Below are positions 34,638 through 44,968 of a stretch of DNA of 64,000 nt, one piece after another; within the stretch, counting starts at the first letter, position 1; each line of letters opens with the position of its first letter. A program made the translations under genes and the position numbers. The notes below the pieces were generated by a model, which worked only from the letters and a program-made list of their open reading frames with translations, had not been told where the DNA came from and did not search any database. The DNA comes from Epithemia pelagica (Eukaryota > Protista > Bacillariophyta): NCBI GenBank assembly GCA_946965045.2, contig OX337234.1:1860001-1924000 (forward strand), written 5' to 3'.

Positions 34638-35431
34638 GGCTATCTCCACCCGGGCCCGCTAAAGGCCCCAAAACCGCTATCGAACTCCACCATTTCCTCT
34701 AACCGCTAAACAGCTCCGCCATCCGCTATTTTTGCCGCTATTTAGGGCCCCGAATAGCGGGGAAAATAGCGGATAGCGGAGCAAAATATAACCGTCGGCA
34801 TAAATAAATTAACGTCTGCTTGCCAACAGTGAAACTTTGAATCTCTCGTGTCGAAAACATGGCAATGGCACGTATTGATTGTGACGATCGCTTACCATCT
34901 CTTTTTCCATTGTTGTGTTCCCTACTTCCTACAATGGGACAAGAACCATGCACAGCAAGATGATTCGAGGATCACGGATCGGAAGAAATGCAACAATCAA
35001 ACAAATGCATCATTCAAACTATTGATGAGTTCGATTATCAATTATCAGACAATCAGTCGGAAATCAGACAGGGAATAGGAAGATTGGACTGCAACCTACA
35101 ACCTACAACCTACATCTACATTGGCCATGAACAACAACATGATTCACCGTGACAGTCAACAATGAAGAGGGAGAACAACGAGTCCTCCATCTTTGGTTTA
35201 TGCTTTGTGCTCTCGTTGATTGTCTTGTTTGAATTCCGCAACTTCCGCGGTCGCACCCCTTTTTGAGAGGGCATATGCGCAATGCGTACGCGCAACGCGA
35301 GATAGCGGCGTTCTTTTAACGGAGATCGTGGAGTTTATTTCCCTTTGGCTCCGCTAATCCGCTATCCGGATAGCGAGGCCAATCAGAAAGCCCCAATACG
35401 TCAGCATAGCGGCGCTCGGGTGGAGATAGCC
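34638..35431. mobile_element. PIF/Harbinger (Tourist-like) MITE, copy 1, 794 bp
   Basis: TIRs GGCTATCTCCACCCG / CGGGTGGAGATAGCC, TAA on the left flank, many subterminal CCGCTA/TAGCGG repeats. Confidence 0.85.
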
Positions 35432-35918
35432 TCAGGCTATCTCCACCCGAGCAGGGAAATAAACTCCACGATCTCCGTTAAAAGAACGCCGCTATCTCGC
35501 GTTGCGCGTACGCATTGCGCATATGCCCTCTCAAAAAGGGGTGCGGCCGCAGAAGTTGCGGAATTCAAACAAGACAATCAACGAGAGACGAGAGCACAAA
35601 GCATAAACCAAAGATGGAGGACTCGTTGTTCTCCCTCTTCATTGTTGACTGTCATGGTGAATCATGTTGTTGTTCATGGCCAATGTAGATGTAGGTTGTA
35701 GGTTGTAGGTTGCAGTCCAATCGTCCTATTGTATTCCCTGTCCGATTTCCGATTGATTGTCTGATAATCGAACACATCAAAAGTTTGATGCTTTGAATGA
35801 TGCATTTGTTTGATTGTTGCATTCCTTCCGATCCGTGATCCTCGAATCATCTTGCTGTGCATGGTTCTTGTCCCATTGTAGGAAGTAGGGAACACAACAA
35901 TGGAAAAAGAGATGGTAA

Positions 35919-36701
35919 TGTTACAATTCTTTCTGAATCGTAGGGACATTGATGCTCGGTAGAGCAGACAATCAGGTAGGTCACCAACCGATACAAGCTT
36001 CTCAGGGTCAGAGAAGCAAGCAAGTCGAAGTCTATCAGAAGGATAGTCGGGACACAAAAGAAGATGTGATAAATGGTGATATTGTTAGATTGTGTGTTGA
36101 TTACTACGATAGGTCTACGTGAAATGTTCGGTCCTGCCAAGGGTCATGTGTCATAGGTTCTTGGCGGCAACAGGTTTGGAATAGTTGGAGTCGATTCATG
36201 TGATGTATATGACATGTATATGTGGACGGATAACATATACAGGGTCAACAGCTCTTGCTTTGGGTTGGCATAGTTGTTTTCATGGCGCGCAGCTTGTTGA
36301 CAATTTGGAGATTGTGGGAATGGAAATATGGTCTCGCGTGATCGTGTGTCGTGCTTGGGATACTTAGACCGTTGGGTCGGATAGATGCCGACAGCGCTCG
36401 GATGTCGCTTGGGCGCGCTCGATGATTTCGGGCGCGTACGCTTAGGGCGTTAGTATAATGTCCGAGCAACGGCCAAATTTACGTCCGTTGTAATACCGCA
36501 CGACCCAGTTTAGTCTTGAGAGTGAGTTCGTCAATCTATTCTCACTTTTCATGATTTGCGAAGAAATATAGGTCGATATAGCGCGAAGCTAGGGAACATA
36601 GCTCGAAGCTAGATGGCATGATGCGATAGCACGAGGCTATGTGACATGGGGAATCGATGAGATGTAGAATCTAACCACCATAGACGGTGAGAATTCTAAC
36701 A
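35919..36701 (-). repeat. 3' LTR
   Basis: Identical to 43514-44296 except three transitions (36025, 36166, 36290). Confidence 0.97.
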
Positions 36702-39700
36702 CTCCCCACAACTCGTCGTTTCAGCCTTGTCATCATTGGATTTGTTGAGGTCTTGAACTTCTCCTTTCCAAAACAACAATGGCTTGAGCATGGGCCAAAT
36801 AGATACAAAATCCCAATGTTTGCTAAGGATATCGGCAGGGTTGGTCTTTCCATCTTTCCCGTAGAATGCAACATACTTTGCTGCGATGGCTTCACGAACT
36901 CGGTGGTATGACAGAAGATGGTGTCTCTTGGATAGTATGGAATGAGGAACGGTTGCATTGAGCACAACAGATCTGTTATCTCCGTACATGTAACTTCGCT
37001 CTCGGATAGGTACTCCAAGGTAGCGGAGAGAATGTCGTAATTCTGTAATCTGATCTATTGCTGTCCTTGCAGCCACAAACTCGGATCCATAGGTAGCAGT
37101 TTCCACCGTGCTCTGTCTCTTGCTGTACCAGTCAATAGGTGTTCCGTTCAACAAATGTAGAACAGCAGTGACGGATTTACCAGTGACTATGTCATGCATG
37201 AGATTGGCATCAACATAATGAGTTGTGGTAACATAGCGGCCAAGAGGTGTTGGGCAGTCTTCAGGAATACGTTCACTTGCATTCGAATAGACAGTGCGAG
37301 TCCAATCAAATTCTTGGGTAGGAAGACTTGAATAATCAGGCTCTCCAATCCTAAATCTGATTGCGCCTTCTGGGAGATGTGCAAGGTATCCATAGATACG
37401 CTTGGCTCTATCAAGATGTCCTTTCCTCGGAGCAGCACGAAAGCGTGATAGCGTCATTGTAGCGGTGAAGACGTCGAAACGACCAATAGTGATCACCCAT
37501 TGGAGTTGTCCAATCAGAGTTTGGAAATGGCTAGTACCTTCTTCATCAAGGAGCTCAGAATCATCCAATTCAGGATGGTCTCCACCAATAAGAGGTGTTT
37601 TGGCTTTCTTGGGTTTCTCCTTGAAGATTCGTTCGAAAGTGTCCATCATCTTACCAATGTAGCCTCTTGGATCTGCTACTAATGTTCCATCAGAATCCTT
37701 GGTGTAACAACATCCCAAGTGGAAATCAATAGGTCCATCTCCTTTGAGTTTGAAGTTGTATTTCTCCTTCAGGATCTTGCAGATATTCCCAGGATCAGTA
37801 GAAATAATGGCTAAGTCATCAACGTATACGGCAATGTATTCGTAACAGTCTTCTCCAGGTGCTTTCCTCATCCAGATATCCGGATCTGCTTTGCTTGGTG
37901 AAAATCCCATGTCTGTCAAAACATCGAATAAGACATCATGCCAGCGTGCGCCTGATGACTTCAATCCATAAAGTGCCTTGTATATAATCAGGATGTGACC
38001 TTCTAATTCCTTGAATTCAGGTCCTGCGACAATTTTCTCCCCTGTCAAGGCTTCCAGATATGCGTTTCCAATATCTGCTCCCCATATTTCCAAGTCATTC
38101 AAAGTACCCAGGAATAAGGCAATGCGGAGGTTGCGAATGGAAACAACACCTGAATAGATTGTCTCAACAGGTTCTTTTGTGAGATGTCCATCTGCGACAA
38201 GTCTTGCTTTATGTCGTCCATCATGTTTTACGTCAAAGACAAGATGTACACGTATCTTATGATATCCTTCAGGTGCATTGGATACTTTCCCTTTAATGAA
38301 GATGGCTTTCCCAAAATCCTTGAATGTCTTGTAGGACTGGATCTGTGACAATTCTAATTCTGTTGCATCCTGCCACTTTGTGTTGCCATGTTGTTTATCA
38401 AGAGCAACAGCTTCCTCATAATTGCGTGGTACTTGGAATCCAAACTTATACTTGACGGAATGGTGAACTTGTTTAATCCTTGACTGTTTGGCTGCTCGAA
38501 TGAGACGTTTGCTTGTTTTGACATAACGTTTCAAATGCTTCCATCCAGGTTCGTTGAGTAAATCATGTTTCTTTCCATAAATTGCTACAGTGATCGGATC
38601 ATCATTGGCGATGAGTGATAAAGGTTCATAGGTAGTCTCCCCAGTTTCCCAATCAACAAGCAAATTATATTTGCTCCCCTTGTAATCTGGATCAGTTGTG
38701 TTCAGTGGGCCTTGATGGGCGATGACGTCCCTGAACCTGAAAAGATTATCTCCAGAGGTTTGAGCTTGGTTATCTCGTTCGATATACTCCATGAGTTGAT
38801 TATAGGATATCATCTCATCAACATCAGAATTTGTCTTTTGGTAGATGTACTTGACACGTTCTTCCTGTTTCGTTGCTTCTTCATTAAGATCAATGACTCG
38901 TTTGATGACACGTGCACGGTGTCGCTCCCCATTTTCTTCTGTGTCGCATAGGAATGTGCGTCCTATCATGTCGTCAAAATCGATCGTGGGCATTGGTTTG
39001 GATGGATCTTCACTATCACTGCGAATGAAGACAGTGTCAGCTTGCTTATCATTGTCATCCTTCTCAGACAAATCCTCCCCTGAAGGTCGATCCACACGTA
39101 GGTTAGGTGTAGTGGATTCAACACGGCAAACGGCAGAACGGTAGATTATCTGGTTATCCTGGGTGAGAATCTTCCAAGTAAAAGAATCACCAACGTTGTG
39201 AGCAAAACCAACCCAGTGGCCAAGTTTCTCATCAGAAGAAGATGGATATGAACCAGAATTGGGTTCAGCGGGGTCGACACGGTAGTAAACCTCATCCCAG
39301 AAAGGAAAGAACAAGAGATGAGTAATGTCGGGTGGGCGTCCGGAGAGAGCCTCAAGAGGAGTGCGACCGGAATGGGTGGGTGATGATGTATGGTTCAATA
39401 AGTCACAGACATACTCAAGGCAAAGAAGCCAGGTGTTGGCAGGGCAACCAGTGGCATTCATGAGAGCGTTGGTCATACGTTTGACGGTCTGGTAACGGTT
39501 TTCAGCCTTATTCTGGTGTTGATGATAAGGTTCGGATCGATACTCCCCAATAAGCAAAGTGCAAAGAATGTCTTTGACCTTTTGAGAGATGAGAGATGAA
39601 CCACCATCACTGATAAGAGTCTCCATGGCACCACGAAACCGGATGTTGTCCTGAAGAGTATTGACAAACTGTTTGGTTGACTTGATCCCATAGATATCAG

Positions 39701-42377
39701 TAACTAGAGTATCTCGACCAACAAAGATTTGTGCGACTTTACCGCCATGGTCAACAGCAGGGGTGTCGGAGAAAACCGAGTCAGTAGCAACGGGTTCATG
39801 GCGTCGAGGTATATTAAGGACCGGATTGCGAGCCTTGAAATGTTTCTTGAGGGTGTCGTGGTCAAAAGTAATGCTACCATTACGTGTAGTGTGCTTGAAC
39901 GTATCGGCAATAACATCTTCAGATTGCCAACCAAAGAATGGACGGAACTTCTTCCAGTCATACGCTTCCTGGTAACGACGGTGGACAGAGGCATGAAGTG
40001 TAGGATCATTACCTTCTGCGTCAGCATAGATAGAAAAGAAGGGTGCGTCGTCAGGTCCATGATCGTATGGGAGATCCAAAAGGAGATTGAGGTTACAAAC
40101 AACACGATCAGTGTACTCCCCATAGTTGTCATATGGATGGTTCGACATACTACCATCAGTCTTGACGTGTTTCCAATCAGGATCATTGTCAGAGGGTGTG
40201 GGAGAATACGAATGGTCCAGAACACCAGGATCCCATGTGTCGGGTGACGTGAAGATGATCTGAGGTAAGGTATCCATGTCATTGTCGCTGGGGATACCCA
40301 AGGAGTGGATGTAGGCTAACCCATCCTTGATGTGAAGGGGTATAGCACGACCATCAAGTGTAGTGATGCGTTGTTTACCATCAACTTTAACAGATCGTTC
40401 ATCAACAGCAAGTCCGAAATGCTCGAATTGTCCAGGAGCATGGATAGATAAGCCCTTTCCATAATAAGCATATTCATTGAAGATGCCGACAATAGGTCCA
40501 TCATTGGTCTCAAACTTTGCGGCACATGTGACGACAGGAAGTCCAGTAAGTTCATGGTTATCAATACCCACAATAGTGATATGGCGGCCAGTCTTAGAAA
40601 GGATGCGCATGTCAGAACCAGCAAGTCCTCCATTAGCACCACGGTCAATCAATTGATTTCCTGGTAAAGTAGATTTCCTGGAAAACAAATAGCGTGGAAC
40701 ATGTCCTGCTTGTTTATGCATGTTGGCTTTGAAAGTAACCTTCTTGCTCGTCTTGGACTTGGCGTTAGAAAGAACGCTAGTCAGGTCAGTTGCCGGGTGA
40801 TTGATATCAGTCGTCATGGCTTGGTTGATAAATTGTGTGACCGGATCTGAATCATCTGGATGCTCAGGGACTACGCCAGGTGAGTCGTCATCAGATGCAA
40901 CTTGGTTGGGGTCAGGATCAGGTTCCGGATCAATGTCGAGGGCATGTGTTTGCACTTTCCTCGGTGTTGTTGATGAAGGTGCTTGAATCATCTTGTTATA
41001 CTCAATGATCAACTTGCGATCTTCTTCAGAAAGTTTGAACCATAGGTCACGCGGTAGACTAACCTTGGACGAAGAGGATGGAGATTCAGATGTCGCTTTG
41101 GTGTTGTGGACATGATACTCCATATCATCTTGTGAGGTTATGTCAGCATCTGTATCTTGGCCATATAGTGATTCATGTTGTTTGACATGTCGACGGCGAC
41201 TATGAACAGATGACTGGGTTGCTTGATCATGGTCATAAGCTGCGTCTAGAAGGAGACGGAAGTATGATTGATAGCAAAGGGATTTTGCACCGGATTTGGT
41301 GTTCACCACATTATCCAAGATCTTGACTTGGCGGAGATCAGGTACCTTTTCTACAGCTTGCATGAGGAAGGTCATCCTGGTATGATCAGGGATGCGATCA
41401 GACAATGTCACTAGATTGTCTAGCAAACGTAGCTGCTCTTGAAAGTGTAGAAGAAATTGACGTGTTGTTCCGCGCCATGTGTCGTCAAGACGTAGATTGG
41501 AAATGTAGTTGGTTAAACGGAGGACTTCTCGCTTTGCTAGGTCGGATTCGGTATGCAAAGAGTGTAACTTCTGCAATACGGCACGTGCATCTTCATCATG
41601 TTCATGTTCACGTACATAGGCTCGACCTTGGTCAGTCTGAATGATACGGACAAGAACGGAGTAAAGAAATACTTGTTGCTCTTGAAAAAGTTCTTCGGCA
41701 TACTCATCATCATGGGGTGGTGTGTATTTGAAATTCAGAACGTTGGATAGGCCTTGAGCCTTAGCTGTAGTCTTGAATACACGCCAGAATGAATCGTAGT
41801 ATCGTTCATCCTTGAATACCTCATATGCAGTGGCGTCGCGCTTAGTTCCCTTTCTGAATGCTGTAAGGTCTTGTTGAGATTGGGATGCGGCAGTAACTGT
41901 GCTGACAGATTTCACAGATGACGGTGACTTCATTGGCGAGACTGGGACTTGGCTAGGTGGTCCCTTAGAGAAATCTGTGTTGATCCTCCAAGTGTTGAAC
42001 TCTTTCCTCGTTAGGTTCATCCAGTCGCTATTGGATAGCTCGTCTTGAATTTCAATGGTCTTGTATATGGCCCAATAAGCCAAGAGCTTGATCTGCTGTC
42101 TTGTGGGGCCTTGTAGATCATGTGTCTGTTTGTTGACCTTGTATTGTGTCAGTTCCTTCATGGATTCCTCGGTATTAGTTTGCATATACGAGATAACATG
42201 GGTAATGTTCTCAAAACCATGGTATTTCATCCACTTCATTAAGTAGTCGGCCCTTTCTTTGGTAAAGAATTGGCAGACAGTAAATATGATGTGGTCGAAT
42301 AGGTCTGTGTTCGAGACATTGTCTTGGTTATCTTCTCCCTTAGGAGTTGTAGGTGTCTTGGGTGATTGAGGATCCAT
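36696..42377 (-). CDS. copia gag-pol polyprotein (1893 aa): gag, protease, integrase, RT, RNase H
   Basis: LIDRGANGG (PR), VATD/ISDG/NKAE (IN), KARLVADG/YVDD (RT), YVDAN/GSEF/GDN/NPAD (RH), in copia domain order. The stop codon lies inside the 3' LTR. Confidence 0.97.
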   Translation of the reverse strand: MDPQSPKTPTTPKGEDNQDNVSNTDLFDHIIFTVCQFFTKERADYLMKWMKYHGFENITHVISYMQTNTEESMKELTQYKVNKQTHDLQGPTRQQIKLLAYWAIYKTIEIQDELSNSDWMNLTRKEFNTWRINTDFSKGPPSQVPVSPMKSPSSVKSVSTVTAASQSQQDLTAFRKGTKRDATAYEVFKDERYYDSFWRVFKTTAKAQGLSNVLNFKYTPPHDDEYAEELFQEQQVFLYSVLVRIIQTDQGRAYVREHEHDEDARAVLQKLHSLHTESDLAKREVLRLTNYISNLRLDDTWRGTTRQFLLHFQEQLRLLDNLVTLSDRIPDHTRMTFLMQAVEKVPDLRQVKILDNVVNTKSGAKSLCYQSYFRLLLDAAYDHDQATQSSVHSRRRHVKQHESLYGQDTDADITSQDDMEYHVHNTKATSESPSSSSKVSLPRDLWFKLSEEDRKLIIEYNKMIQAPSSTTPRKVQTHALDIDPEPDPDPNQVASDDDSPGVVPEHPDDSDPVTQFINQAMTTDINHPATDLTSVLSNAKSKTSKKVTFKANMHKQAGHVPRYLFSRKSTLPGNQLIDRGANGGLAGSDMRILSKTGRHITIVGIDNHELTGLPVVTCAAKFETNDGPIVGIFNEYAYYGKGLSIHAPGQFEHFGLAVDERSVKVDGKQRITTLDGRAIPLHIKDGLAYIHSLGIPSDNDMDTLPQIIFTSPDTWDPGVLDHSYSPTPSDNDPDWKHVKTDGSMSNHPYDNYGEYTDRVVCNLNLLLDLPYDHGPDDAPFFSIYADAEGNDPTLHASVHRRYQEAYDWKKFRPFFGWQSEDVIADTFKHTTRNGSITFDHDTLKKHFKARNPVLNIPRRHEPVATDSVFSDTPAVDHGGKVAQIFVGRDTLVTDIYGIKSTKQFVNTLQDNIRFRGAMETLISDGGSSLISQKVKDILCTLLIGEYRSEPYHQHQNKAENRYQTVKRMTNALMNATGCPANTWLLCLEYVCDLLNHTSSPTHSGRTPLEALSGRPPDITHLLFFPFWDEVYYRVDPAEPNSGSYPSSSDEKLGHWVGFAHNVGDSFTWKILTQDNQIIYRSAVCRVESTTPNLRVDRPSGEDLSEKDDNDKQADTVFIRSDSEDPSKPMPTIDFDDMIGRTFLCDTEENGERHRARVIKRVIDLNEEATKQEERVKYIYQKTNSDVDEMISYNQLMEYIERDNQAQTSGDNLFRFRDVIAHQGPLNTTDPDYKGSKYNLLVDWETGETTYEPLSLIANDDPITVAIYGKKHDLLNEPGWKHLKRYVKTSKRLIRAAKQSRIKQVHHSVKYKFGFQVPRNYEEAVALDKQHGNTKWQDATELELSQIQSYKTFKDFGKAIFIKGKVSNAPEGYHKIRVHLVFDVKHDGRHKARLVADGHLTKEPVETIYSGVVSIRNLRIALFLGTLNDLEIWGADIGNAYLEALTGEKIVAGPEFKELEGHILIIYKALYGLKSSGARWHDVLFDVLTDMGFSPSKADPDIWMRKAPGEDCYEYIAVYVDDLAIISTDPGNICKILKEKYNFKLKGDGPIDFHLGCCYTKDSDGTLVADPRGYIGKMMDTFERIFKEKPKKAKTPLIGGDHPELDDSELLDEEGTSHFQTLIGQLQWVITIGRFDVFTATMTLSRFRAAPRKGHLDRAKRIYGYLAHLPEGAIRFRIGEPDYSSLPTQEFDWTRTVYSNASERIPEDCPTPLGRYVTTTHYVDANLMHDIVTGKSVTAVLHLLNGTPIDWYSKRQSTVETATYGSEFVAARTAIDQITELRHSLRYLGVPIRERSYMYGDNRSVVLNATVPHSILSKRHHLLSYHRVREAIAAKYVAFYGKDGKTNPADILSKHWDFVSIWPMLKPLLFWKGEVQDLNKSNDDKAETTSCGEC

Positions 42378-42697
42378 GGTGTTATTTGGTTGGTTCGATG
42401 TTTATTTAATGTGCGGTGTGATGTGGTTTATTTAATGTGTGATGTGATGTGAACCCGGATGTACCACGTGTGCCACGTATGTACCACGTATGTGATACCC
42501 GGATGTGTGTTGTGATGTGCGACTCCTGGAAATTTCCGTTGATTCCGACAAATTTTCGCCGAGTTTCAACAAATTTTCGCCGAATTTTCGCGATTTGACG
42601 GGAATGTGTGGCGTGTTGTGCGACCAAGGGTACCCGGATGTGCGTTGAGTTTAAGTCTTGGAAAGGTTTTGAGAGGACGGGAGTTAACTACGAGTAA

Positions 42698-43477
42698 TTA
42701 AGCTTCGGTCTCCGAATCCCCACTCTCTTCCGAATAATCAGAGTCGTTTCCAGGCTCAGATGGGGCAGCACAAGCAACAGAAGAAGGGGTATCACCTTCA
42801 GCCAGGTGGTTCTCGACCTCGGTACGCAAAGGGAAGATAGTTGCACGATGGTCCTCGATGGTATGGACCTCGTGGATGTAGGCAACGTAGTTATCTAGGC
42901 GTACAACGTTAGGAGGCAGAGGGCAAGTCGTCGCGTTCACGACGTGGATGGTATTGTAGTATCCAGTTGGGCGCTCGAAGGTTAGGAAGCGGAGGTGGAC
43001 AGTACGGATGGGGTTGCCCGAGAGGGCGGCCAAGATGAGGCGACGCCTCGGAGAACGATGAAGTTGGTCGTTCAGACGGTCAATGTCTTCTTGGTCGACG
43101 ATGTGGGTCACCGATTGGAACTGGCGTTCGATCTGGGTCTCCCCACGGATGATCTCGGGATCGAAGGTCGAACAAGTTGGTTGACGGAAGTACTTGATAT
43201 GATCAGCAATCAACCGGGTGGTACGACGGGATCGAGAAGGGACGAGCCGACGAGGCGGACTCGGGGGCCGAAGCAACGGCGCAGGGATCGGAGCGTGAGG
43301 CTGGGTTGGAGTCTCGAATGGGTTGCTGTTGGAACTGTCGACGGAGATGTTGACCGATGTGTTGGCTGCCTTCGGCGTCGGCACCAGTTCCTGCTGCACC
43401 AGGGTATCGGGCTGCCCGGGATGCAGTTTGGCTCGATAGATCTGTCGTACAGGAGTGATAAGCTCGTTAGTATCCAT
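42698..43477 (-). CDS. additional upstream ORF (259 aa) inside the copia element, unknown function
   Basis: Open frame with ATG 36 nt after the 5' LTR, same strand as gag-pol, no recognisable motif. Confidence 0.6.
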   Translation of the reverse strand: MDTNELITPVRQIYRAKLHPGQPDTLVQQELVPTPKAANTSVNISVDSSNSNPFETPTQPHAPIPAPLLRPPSPPRRLVPSRSRRTTRLIADHIKYFRQPTCSTFDPEIIRGETQIERQFQSVTHIVDQEDIDRLNDQLHRSPRRRLILAALSGNPIRTVHLRFLTFERPTGYYNTIHVVNATTCPLPPNVVRLDNYVAYIHEVHTIEDHRATIFPLRTEVENHLAEGDTPSSVACAAPSEPGNDSDYSEESGDSETEA

Positions 43478-43499
43478 GAAACCACAAGGAAATAAGCTT

Positions 43500-43513
43500 T
43501 GAGACTGTTAATC
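43500..43513 (-). promoter_or_regulatory. primer-binding site complementary to a tRNA-Asn(GUU) anticodon arm
   Basis: Minus strand GATTAACAGTCTCA directly after the LTR. Its complement UGAGA-CUGUUAA-UC has the form of an anticodon stem, a GUU loop and 2 nt of the 3' stem. Confidence 0.65.
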
Positions 43514-44296
43514 TGTTACAATTCTTTCTGAATCGTAGGGACATTGATGCTCGGTAGAGCAGACAATCAGGTAGGTCACCAACCGATACAAGCTTCTCAG
43601 GGTCAGAGAAGCAAGCAAGCCGAAGTCTATCAGAAGGATAGTCGGGACACAAAAGAAGATGTGATAAATGGTGATATTGTTAGATTGTGTGTTGATTACT
43701 ACGATAGGTCTACGTGAAATGTTCGGTCCTGCCAAGGGTCATGTGTCATAGGTTCTTGGCAGCAACAGGTTTGGAATAGTTGGAGTCGATTCATGTGATG
43801 TATATGACATGTATATGTGGACGGATAACATATACAGGGTCAACAGCTCTTGCTTTGGGTTGGCATAGTTGTTTTCATGGCGCGTAGCTTGTTGACAATT
43901 TGGAGATTGTGGGAATGGAAATATGGTCTCGCGTGATCGTGTGTCGTGCTTGGGATACTTAGACCGTTGGGTCGGATAGATGCCGACAGCGCTCGGATGT
44001 CGCTTGGGCGCGCTCGATGATTTCGGGCGCGTACGCTTAGGGCGTTAGTATAATGTCCGAGCAACGGCCAAATTTACGTCCGTTGTAATACCGCACGACC
44101 CAGTTTAGTCTTGAGAGTGAGTTCGTCAATCTATTCTCACTTTTCATGATTTGCGAAGAAATATAGGTCGATATAGCGCGAAGCTAGGGAACATAGCTCG
44201 AAGCTAGATGGCATGATGCGATAGCACGAGGCTATGTGACATGGGGAATCGATGAGATGTAGAATCTAACCACCATAGACGGTGAGAATTCTAACA
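43514..44296 (-). repeat. 5' LTR
   Basis: Direct repeat of 35919-36701. Confidence 0.97.
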
Positions 44297-44794
44297 GGTA
44301 AGCGATCGTCACAAATCAATACTTGCCATTGTCATGTTTTCGACACGAGAGAACTGTTGGCAGCAGACGTTAATTTATTTATGCCGACGGTTATATTTTG
44401 CTCCGCTATTCGCTATTTTCCCCGCTATTCGGGGCCCCAAATAGCGGCAAAAATAGCGGATAGCGAAGCTGTTTAGCGGTTAGAGGAGATGGTGGAGTTC
44501 GATAGCGGTTTTTGGACCTTTAGCGGCCCCGGGTGGAGATAGCCTAAGGCTCCTATCTCATCTCTAAAGAGGATACGAGTACTAACCTTACCTAGGTAGT
44601 ACTCGTAGCATGCATGCATCGTGGAGCTGGCCCCCGCAAGCCCGATAAAATAGCCCATAAGTTGCCGATGATGGTTACAAATAAATAATCAGATTGGATA
44701 AACAGCAAAGAGTGTGCGGATGCTAGTTGTTTAGGTTCTTTTCTATCCTAGGACCTAGGACCTAGGACTGGGAGCTGGGAGCTGGGAGTATTAA

Positions 44795-44968
44795 TACTTC
44801 CCGGTGTTGAGTCCTTTCAAGGAGGGACCGCCCGGCGCGGAGGGTAGAATGACGAGGAGGGCAATGGTCGAGGAGGGCGCACGCCCGACAAGACAATCGC
44901 CCGTCGAGTCATTCTCCCGCCAAGCCGGGCGCGCCCGACGCGAGAGGACGGCCAGACACAGGGAAGTA
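44795..44968. mobile_element. small GC-rich MITE-like element with imperfect terminal inverted repeats including terminal TA
   Basis: tacttcccggtgtt versus the reverse complement of gacacagggaagta (12/14 match). Confidence 0.35.

Larger units (their letters stand above)
35919..44296 (-). mobile_element. full-length Ty1/copia (CoDi-like) LTR retrotransposon
   Basis: Two 783-bp LTRs (TG...CA), 5-bp TSD GGTAA (35914-35918 and 44297-44301), purine tract GTGGGGAG abutting the 3' LTR, intact gag-pol. Confidence 0.97.
35435..44544. mobile_element. same MITE family, copy 2, inverted and split by the copia insertion (arms 35435-35918 and 44297-44544)
   Basis: Reverse complement of copy 1 apart from a ~67-bp deletion and small indels. 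Ends GGAGATAGCC followed by TAA (44545-44547). Confidence 0.85.

Noticed and set aside
34848-36140. Short ORFs within the MITEs and LTR; CRISPR-like appearance of the repeated CCGCTA motifs
   Set aside because: Non-coding TE sequence. The repeats are irregular subterminal motifs with no constant repeat-spacer period.
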